A DNA stretch of 64,000 nt from the human T2T-CHM13v2.0 reference genome, Homo sapiens. Both the position numbers and the translations under genes were made by a program. Where the stretch lies: the NCBI RefSeq assembly GCF_009914755.1, contig NC_060926.1; one strand, written 5' to 3'. Every line of letters starts with the position of its first letter. Position 1 is the stretch's first letter. Below are positions 19,831 through 64,000 of this stretch, one piece after another. The notes beneath the pieces are model-generated. The model saw only the letters and a list, made by a program, of their open reading frames with translations, did not search any database and had not been told where the DNA came from.

Positions 19831-20325
19831 GATACATGCATGTATATGTTCACTGTAGCACTATTTAAAATACTGAAGACGTGGAATCAACCTAAATGCC
19901 CATCAATGATAGACTGGATGAAGAAAATATGGTACATATACACTATGGAATACTATGCAGCCACAAAAAGGAACAAGATCATGTCCTTTGCAGGGACATG
20001 TATGGAGCTGGAAGCCATTATCCTCAGCAAACTAACACTGAAACAAAAAAAACAAACACCACATGTTCTCACTTATAAGTGGGAGGTGGTGATGAGAATA
20101 CATAAACTCATAGAGGGGAACAACACACACTGGGGCCTGTCGCAGGGGTGGCCGAGTGGAGGGAGAGCATCAGGAAGAATAGCTAATTTGATGCTAGGCT
20201 TAGTGCCTAGGTCATGGGTTGATCTGTTCAGCAAACCACCATGGCACACATTTACCTATATAACAAACCTGCACATCCTGCGCATGTACCCTGGAACTTA
20301 AAATAAAAGTTGATTTAAAAAAAAA
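19831..20325 (+). mobile_element. 3' end of an older L1PA (about PA13-16)
   Basis: ORF2 C-terminus ([13 protein letters not shown]), a distinct 3'UTR (GGGAGAGCATCAGGAAGAATAGCTAAT), AATAAA and A-tail. Confidence 0.9.
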
Positions 20326-20399
20326 GAGAGAGAGAAAGTCTGAACGAGATAGTCTTTGAAGCAGACACCACTGTGTTCCAAGATCAGCGCTACTGATTA

Positions 20400-20545
20400 T
20401 AAGCAGAATGATCTAGGGTAAGTTAGCATAGTAAGTCTTAGGTTTTTCACCTATAGAACAGAAATATCACCTCCAGGGCTGTTGAGATAATTAGAAATAT
20501 ATGAAGCATCAAGCACGTGGCTGGCCCGTGGGAGGCACCAACTGA
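20400..20545 (+). mobile_element. MIR fragment
   Basis: Degenerate MIR core and 3' end. Confidence 0.55.
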
Positions 20546-20588
20546 GAGCCATTTGTATATAGAGCTGCCATTAGATTATTTTTTAAAG

Positions 20589-20745
20589 TAGTACTTCTCA
20601 AACTTAAATATGCATAGGAATCACCTGCAGATCTTGTTAGAATGCAGATTCTGATCCCACATATCTGGGTAGGGCATGAGTTTCTGCATTTCTAACAAGC
20701 TCCCAGGTGACACTGCTGTTGCTGGTCCACGGACCACACTTTGTG
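20589..20745. mobile_element. MER5A hAT DNA transposon
   Basis: TTCTCAAACTT...GAATCACCTG...ATGCAGATTC...CTGCATTTCTAACAAGCTCCCAGGTGA...GGACCACACTTTG. Confidence 0.85.
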
Positions 20746-21309
20746 CAACAACATTTCAAACCATTCTAAAATTTCGCTTTAGCCACTGGGTACAAGAGAT
20801 CATACAATTTTAATCTATGGGTTTAATCATAGCCAAAACAGAAAAGGTGTAATTATAACCATGAGAACTGTTAACCTTAAATGGAACATAACCCGCTTGT
20901 GATAATCATCACTTAACTGCCTGAGGTTCCTAGGGCAGAGGTATACAAGAGAGAAAGTGCAGAATGAAAAATATATGGGATAGATAAGGATTTCAGCATC
21001 ATAGGAAACCTAAGAAGAGATAAAAATTGCACCATCATTAGGGAATGAGGAAACATAGCAGAGCCCAAGGGCCTATCACTAAGTAATTCATGACATTAAT
21101 ACAAAATCGATGTAATCTGCTTGAAGATGTCTCCTATGTACATTATGCAGGGTAGTGGTGTGAAATACTGTACATGGTGTTTATATCTGTTGAAGGGAAC
21201 AGAAACATACATGAAGATACTAAGCAGTAAAAATGTGACTAAATCCTTCTCACTAATGGGAAAGCTTTTAAAAATTTTATTAAATAAAAAATAAATAAAA
21301 ATAAAAATT

Positions 21310-22105
21310 TTAAAAGAGAATGCTCAAAACTCAACAAGAAGATAACCAATAAAGCAATGCGTGAAGGACTTGATGACACTTCACCAAAGAGGATATAAAA
21401 TGATGCTCAGCATTAGTCATTAGGGAAGTGAAAATTAAAACCACAATGAAATACCACTACAAACTTATTATGATGGCTAAAATAAAAAAAAAAAACCTTG
21501 ACAATACCAAGTCCTGACAAGGGTGTAAAGTAACTAAAACTTTCATACATTACTTATGGAAATGCAAAAATAGTACAGTAACTCTGGGAAAAAAAGAGTT
21601 TGGCAATTTCTTAAATAAACATACACTTATGATTTGAGCAATCTCATTTGCTGGTATTTATCCTAGAAAAATAAAAGCTTATGTTCACACATAAACCTAC
21701 ATATGAATGTTTAGAGAAGTATTATGCATAATTTCTAAAACCTGGGGGTAAAACACATTCAACAAATAAACTGTGAAATAGCCATACAATGGAATACCAC
21801 TCAGCAATATAAAGCACTGATGCACATAACATAAATGCAATATGCTAACTGAAAGAAGCTAGACTGAAAAGGTTACATACTATATGATACCATTTATACA
21901 TGGCTTTCTGGAAAAGGCAAAACTAGGGATGGAGAACATTAGTGGTTGCCAGGGGATAGGTCTTGGGGAGGGGAAGGAGAAATACTGGGGAATTCTTTGA
22001 GGTGCTGGAATTCTTCTGTATCCTATTTGTGATGGTGGATACGATAATTTGTGCATCATAGATATCAAAGAAAGCAGATTTTATTGTATGTAAATTTTTA
22101 AAATT
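21310..22105 (+). mobile_element. Old L1 (L1MC/ME-type) 3' portion
   Basis: CACTTCACCAAAGAGGATATA, AAAACCACAATGAAATACCACTAC, TATATGATACCATTTATA motifs. Confidence 0.75.
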
Positions 22106-22124
22106 AGCCTAATCGTTTCACTTT

Positions 22125-22640
22125 TTAACACAAAGGCTACACTGTCTTCAATTTCAGAGTAAAACCCAAAGCTGTTACAATGATCTAGGAGACCCTATGA
22201 ACTGGCCTCTTATTACCTCTCTGACCTCACCTTTTACTATACCCCCTTGATGATTATTCTCCAGCCACACTGGCCTCTTGACTTATCTTGAACATGGAAA
22301 GGAATACTCTTTCCTCTGGCTGACTCTTTCACCAAACAGCTCCATGCTTATTCACACTCTCAACCTTTTCAGGTTATTTCAAATGTTACCTTCTCAGTAA
22401 GGCTTTCCCTGAAAACCCATAATAAAGGTGATCAAACCCTTATAATCACTTTCTTTTCTACTTTGAGTTTCCCCTTGGCACATAAATACATCAAAAGTAT
22501 AATAAGTTTTTGTTTCTTCCCATGATAAGGTAAGGTCCAGTAACATACAGATTTTGTTAACTATTTTTCTCACTCCAGTATTCCCAGAGCCTGAAAGAAT
22601 GTCTGGCATATACTAGGCACTTAGTAAATATTTCCTGGAT
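22125..22640 (+). mobile_element. L2 3' fragment
   Basis: CCAGCCACACTGGCCTC ... TGGCATATACTAGGCACTTAGTAAATATTT L2 tail. Confidence 0.7.
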
Positions 22641-23541
22641 GGAAGATGCCAAATAAGTGTTTCTGGAAAATCCTTTTCCTTCTGTATATAGGCTATGCTC
22701 TTTCTTGCTATTCCCTTATTTCTTCTAACTGAAAGGAACATGAACTGTGAGCATAAGGACAAAACCAATATGGTTAAGGACAATAACACAAAGAACAAAG
22801 TAGAGAAAGCACAGGTCCCTGGTGGCATGAATGATCCACTGCACTAGCCCTATTCTGCCTACCTCAGCCTTCTTGTTACATGATAAAGACAACGCACTAT
22901 TAATTAAACAGCTGTAGGTGGGATTGGTTCCTTAAAAATTATGTAAAAAGAAATCAAAATACAAATGACTTATCTTTCTGGGCACTTCAGTAAATTAAAA
23001 CTCTGTGTAAAATAATCCTCCTATACATTTATCAATCCAGCTAGTTTTTGTCCATATCAGGATTTCTGATTCTTTTCTGAAAAATCTAAAGTTACCATAC
23101 AGTAACATACAACTAAAGTCACACTAATTTGAGTGAAAATATTTATTTTGTTTCTTGGCTCAGGCCCTAAGGAAAAGACTGTATCAGGTTACAAAGTACC
23201 CAACAAAGTCTTTAAAAGATTTATTGTGCATACATCAAGAGACTAAACAAAAAGAGGTTAAGGCTGCAGAATCAAAAGTGATATTTTACACTCCATCCAC
23301 TGTGACAAAGGGTATCACAGTCATGAAAGAGAAAGCTGGTTACAGCTTGAGATAAACCAAAATTATTAAATATCTCCCTTTCTAGTTCTGGCTCCCCAAA
23401 TAATAAAGTTTTGAGCACTTTAATAAGCTAGACTCCTCAGTAAAAAGTAAATTTATCCCTGATTTTTACAGTGGTGCTGTCCCAGGATATGTCTTGACCT
23501 TTGTGAATATTGTATTTCTCCACCATAAATAAACTTATAGG

Positions 23542-23870
23542 TATAATCATGTGTGGCTTAATGATGGGGATATGTTCTAAGAAATGCATTTTAGGTGATT
23601 TCATCATTGTGTGAATATCACAGAGTGTACCTACACAAACCTAGATGGTACAGCCTACTACACACCTAGGCTGTACGTTATAGCTGATTGCTCCTAGGCT
23701 ACAAATCTGAACAACATGTTACTGTACTCAATATTGCAGGCAATTGTAACAGAATAGTATTTGTGTATTTAAACACATAAAAGGTACAGTAAAAACACAG
23801 TATTATAATCTTACGGAATCACCATGTTATATGCATTGATTGAAAGATCCTTATGTGACATGTGACTATA
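23542..23870. mobile_element. Tigger3a (MER7-type) DNA transposon
   Basis: Degenerate terminal inverted repeats with TA ends; CACAAACCTAGATGGTACAGCCTACTACACACCTAGGCT core. Confidence 0.85.
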
Positions 23871-24785
23871 TTTGAGACCTTGGTAATTTTGTGGTAAATC
23901 CACAAATCAAGAAGCGAAATCAAAATAGGCAACATAATATACAGGGTCCAAGAATATGATACGTGTAAGTTTACAAAGGAAAACTGGAGATAAACTGGCA
24001 AAAATAAACATGTTCGGATTTTAGGGGTTCCTAACCCACAGATTCTATTCACTAATGGGAAAAGGTAAAACTCAGGAAACCAGAGACCAGCGCCCTGAAA
24101 CCTGGCGGGACTGGCCGAATGTCAGATTAGCCCGAGCAGCTACACTGAACGCTGCGGAAGATGCACCAGAATCCCGGAGTAGGAGCCAGATTTCCAAAGG
24201 AAGAAAGCTAGGCCCTAGGACTGTGGAGATTCTGTAGTAACCTAAGCGATGTTCACAAGAACAGAAGAACGGCTAATGAGAGGAACAAAAAGCTGTACAA
24301 GGAAGAGAAAGCTACCTTTCCACCCAATAACTCAACGCTGCGACCGAGAAAACCAGGGACGCGAGAGGCTCGCGTCATCCTGCAGCGCCGACACCACAGA
24401 CACTAGAAAGCGACGCCTCCGGTGGGACGACTGGAGGTCACGTGGTACACTATACGCCACCTTTCCCTTCTGGCGGAAAAAGCCATAGAGTCAGGTTGAC
24501 AAGGCCTGAGAGAAATATGTCTGTATTAAATAATTGTGTATAGGTATATAATAAAAACTGATTGTCTCTAAATCTCTGTTTTGCTTTCACCTTTTCTTAC
24601 AAGTGTCTTAGTTTGACATTGCCCACACAAAAGGTGCCTGCACGGAAGCGGAGTCCTACCACCGAGTCTCAGGCCTAGAAGGGCCCGGGGGTGGGTTCTG
24701 TGGGCTGGGAACAGCCTTATTACCCGGCTCAACGAAGGAAGTTCAGGGCGGGACCAGAGATTGGCCATTCCGCTACTGCGCAAAG

Positions 24786-58711
<33,926 letters not shown>

Positions 58712-58812
58712 GCCTTGGAGATGGGGAGGATCCTTGGACTTTGTGTTTTTGATTGTATGTTGATATTCTAAAAACATCTATTTTAATGTTATTTCTGTTC
58801 TAAAAATAAGAT

Positions 58813-58818
58813 AATAAA
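58813..58818 (+). terminator. Likely polyadenylation signal AATAAA (short 3'UTR)
   Basis: Canonical hexamer ~100 nt after the stop, with T-rich sequence downstream. Confidence 0.7.
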
Positions 58819-59498
58819 TATTAACAAACTTTGCTTTTTTAAAAAACTGATAATATGAACATGTATTTGCATCATGCTTTACAGTTACTGGATCATTGAT
58901 ATACCACATCATCTCATTTTTTTATTTTGAGTCACACATCAGCCTTATAAAACAAGTAGGTATTTTCTTCACAGGTGATACAGCAGAACTGAGACTTGAA
59001 CTGTACAGCATATGTCCCCTTAGCTGCAGTTTGGAGATACGAAAAGATTTGAAAGTTAAAAGGCTTTGTTGACATAATTGTTTTAACACAAATTCATTTG
59101 GTGGCCAAATGTGACCTGAGCTGGAGTGAGGTTTCTTTAGTCCTGATTTATTCCTCTTAGTGTATTTATTTCTCTCAGAGAAATTTAGAGACGAGTTGAT
59201 TATGTGGTGTTCCACAAACCTCACTGAGGATATTATATAATAATATGGGCTGCCTAAAATTCTGAATTCAGATGATCTGACCCAAAGTCCAGTTGCTAGT
59301 AGAAAACGATCCAGATCCCCTGTTTTAGTTAAAGCAGTGAAGCTGCTACATCTTAACCACCTAGCATTTTGAGTTTTCCACTTCCCTAATGCACTTTTGT
59401 AAAATTTATATTTAGAAGTTAGCACAAAAACAAAGCGTTTGTAAGAGCACATCTCAATGAATGTTCACAAAAATTGCTGCAAATGGCTTTTTAGTTTG

Positions 59499-59841
59499 TG
59501 CTGTAGACCAAATGTTTGTTGTGCCCCCCTAAAATTCAAATGTTGGAATCTAATCCTCAATGTGGTATTTGGAGATGGGGCCTTTGGGAGATGATTAGGT
59601 CATGAGACTGGAGCCTTTGTGAATAGGATAAATGCTGTTATAAAAGAGACCCTGGAGAGCTTCTTTGCCCCTTCTAACACGTGGGGATACAGCAAGAAGA
59701 AAACCATCTGTGAACTATGAAGTGGGGCCTCACCAAACAGCAAATCTGGTGCCTTTTTGTTAGACTTTCCGACTTCTGGAACTGAGACATAAGTTTCTGT
59801 TTATAAACCACCCGGTCTGTAGCATCCTAAACAGACTTAAA
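59499..59841 (+). mobile_element. MLT1A-type MaLR solo LTR
   Basis: GGGCCTTTGGGAGATGATTAGGTCATGAG, GACTTTCCGACTTCTGGAACTGAGA, TTTATAAACCACCC. Confidence 0.8.
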
Positions 59842-59874
59842 GTGTTTTTGAATCACTATTTATGTAAAATCTTA

Positions 59875-60046
59875 ACTTTTTTTTTTTCAAGTCCCCAACC
59901 CCCACCTCGGACTCGTAAGTGGCTGGGACTACAGGCACTCACCACCACACCTGGCTATTTTTTAAATTTTTTGTAGAGATGTCTTGCTATGTTACCCAGG
60001 CTAGTCTCAAACTCTTTGGCCTCAAGTGATCCTCCGACCTTGGCTA
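59875..60046 (-). mobile_element. Partial AluJ/monomer
   Basis: GCTGGGACTACAGGC...TTGTAGAGATG...CTCAAGTGATCCTCC. Confidence 0.8.
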
Positions 60047-60049
60047 CAT

Positions 60050-62000
<1,951 letters not shown>

Positions 62001-62194
62001 GCCATTGAAGTAGACCTCTCAAGTCTCAGTTTACATTTTCTTCTTTGCCTTTTTTTTTTTTCGTTTTTTTCTTATTTCTTTCTGTGCACAATTTGTTGAA
62101 AAAATCAAGTCTGCCCTGTGAGTTCGTCACTGATTTTGCAGATTGCTTTCATGGCTTTTAACATGACCCTCTGTATATTGGTAGTTGTATCTAG

Positions 62195-62535
62195 AGTAGC
62201 ACTATGCAATAGAACTATAATGCAAGTCCTATGTATAACTTTAAATTCTCTAATAGTTACAATAAAAAAGTAAAAATAACCAAATGAAATTAATGCTAAT
62301 GATATATTTTCTAAAACCCTGCAATAAATGTTTTATTAAGTTCCACGTATCTAAAATATTTCAACCTATAACCAAGTTTTAAATGATTTATTGGGATATT
62401 TTATGTTTTTTTCCATACTACCTTCAAAACTCAGTGTATATTTTATACTTAGAGCACATTTCCATTTGAACTAGCCACATTTCCAGTACTCAATTAGCTA
62501 CCTGCACCTAGTGGCTATGGTTTTGGACAGCACAA
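62195..62535. mobile_element. MER33/MER3-type hAT DNA transposon
   Basis: CAATAGAACTATAATGCAAG ... TAGCCACATTTCCAGTACTCAA...GTGGCTA...TTGGACAGCACA. Confidence 0.8.
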
Positions 62536-63249
62536 ATCTGGAAGCTTGATCAGATTTACTTGGAAATTTTAAGTAAAACAAGAAAGATTGTGTCAACATT
62601 CATTTTGATCTTTTCAGCTTCTCCCTCCCTCTTCCTTTAGGAGAGTGGGGCATATTAACATAATTACAAATAAATTTTATTATTTTGCCCTATGCAGACA
62701 CTGACGTGGTACTTCCAAGTGCAAGAAATGTTTATTTTTTGCAGTTGTACATAAAAGATTTTATACTTTCAAATCAAATTACTTAAATTCGATACATGTC
62801 TTTTTAAAACAGTGGTTACTATATAACCTGAAAAATCACGTGTAAGTGTGGACTTAATTACTTTTTCTAAAAATTTGATCACTCTTACACTAAAACATTG
62901 CCAGGGAAGATTATTTTAATTCTTCCTTCAATATTAACAATTCTATTTTCAAAGAATACTATACAAATAATAGGGAAATGGCTGCTTGATTTCTTAAAAC
63001 CTGGACTTTCATCTAGCCATTCTATAATGCTGTCCCTCAGTTCCTTTCCTACTGGAAACTGGTCCAGTCATAGAAGATGAATCCATAAAGACTACTCACC
63101 TTCTATCCTTCCTCATTGTTCATTTCATTTATCTATCAAGACATGAAGTGCTACATTTGGTGCTCTCACTGGTATGTCCATAATGAAAGGCATAGCCTAT
63201 AATTCAGGAAATATATAATCTCAACTTCACTGGGGAATGGACCGCATGT

Positions 63250-63750
63250 TAATCACCAACTATGTGCTATGCATTTCACTCACATCATACTTTGTCTATA
63301 ATATCATGTGTCAGGTGTTACCCCAATTTAACATATGAGGAAACTGGTTTCAGAGAGATTAAGTAAATACTATTTAGGTCACTGAGCTATCAGAGGTGGG
63401 GCTATAACAGGAGGACCTCTGCCTATCAAATCCCAAATCTTATGCACTTCTAGAATAACATATTGTCTACCAGACACTTAAAGCAGCTAATTGGCATTAC
63501 AGAGGGATCTATAATTGGGGAGGAATTATAATAAGAATCAAACAAAATAGCCCAGATCTAGAGCTAATCTCAGCTGTAAATGAGCTAGCTAGCTCTGTGA
63601 CCTGGCTATAATCCTTTAAACTGTCTGAGCTTAAATCCCCTCATCAGTAAAATGTGCTCTTGCCCCATGCAAATGGTTTTGTTTACCTGACTAATACGAT
63701 TATATTGCACACATAGGAAATGTGTGTAAAACTGGAATATTGTACAAGAT
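63250..63750. mobile_element. Two MIR fragments in opposite orientation
   Basis: ATGAGGAAACTGG...AGAGAGATTAAGTAA (minus) and CTGTGACCTGG...CTCATCAGTAAAATG (plus). Confidence 0.65.
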
Positions 63751-64000
63751 TATACACTTCAGTACATACGAAATTTTAATGAAAAGTCTACTAATTGAAT
63801 GCATATTGATTAAAATAGCTTCGTTGTTAATGTGCTGAAACAACATTCCTCTTTGGTTTTTTCCTCCTATCATAGCCTAGCACCCAATATAGAAATGATA
63901 GAATATGTTGAAATGTTGTGGATAATGTGTTTTAAACAATTTCAGTTCTTTGTACTATGACTATAATGGAGCCTTTAACAGAAACCTATTAACATAACTA

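Noticed and set aside
58922-59452. 176-aa minus-strand ORF downstream of WDR75
   Set aside because: No recognisable domain, promoter or splice structure; most likely a chance ORF.

Overview
Primate (human-like) genomic DNA. Positions 1-24,000 are intergenic and almost entirely transposon-derived. They include an old L1MA with both ends present, into which an MSTA-type MaLR provirus, a MER4A LTR and Alus are nested, and a nearly full-length, dead L1PA running directly into an older L1 3' end. A CpG-island promoter (~24,080-25,150) precedes a complete 21-exon gene on the + strand (ATG 24786, TAA 58711). I assembled all exons by hand: every intron is GT-AG, phases are consistent, and the CDS is 2,493 nt (830 aa). 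The protein is a WD40 repeat protein with an acidic tail that I recognise as WDR75 (UTP17, ribosome biogenesis). The most interesting unexplained signals are: (i) a candidate stop-containing poison exon in intron 8 that ends at a minor-spliceosome (U12) donor, GTATCCTT, in the same intron whose 3' end looks U12-like; (ii) three templated or filler insertions inside old repeats; (iii) a MER30 whose target-site duplication (TSD) copies a branch-point motif. Repeat subfamily names and the boundaries of old repeats come from visual recognition and are approximate.
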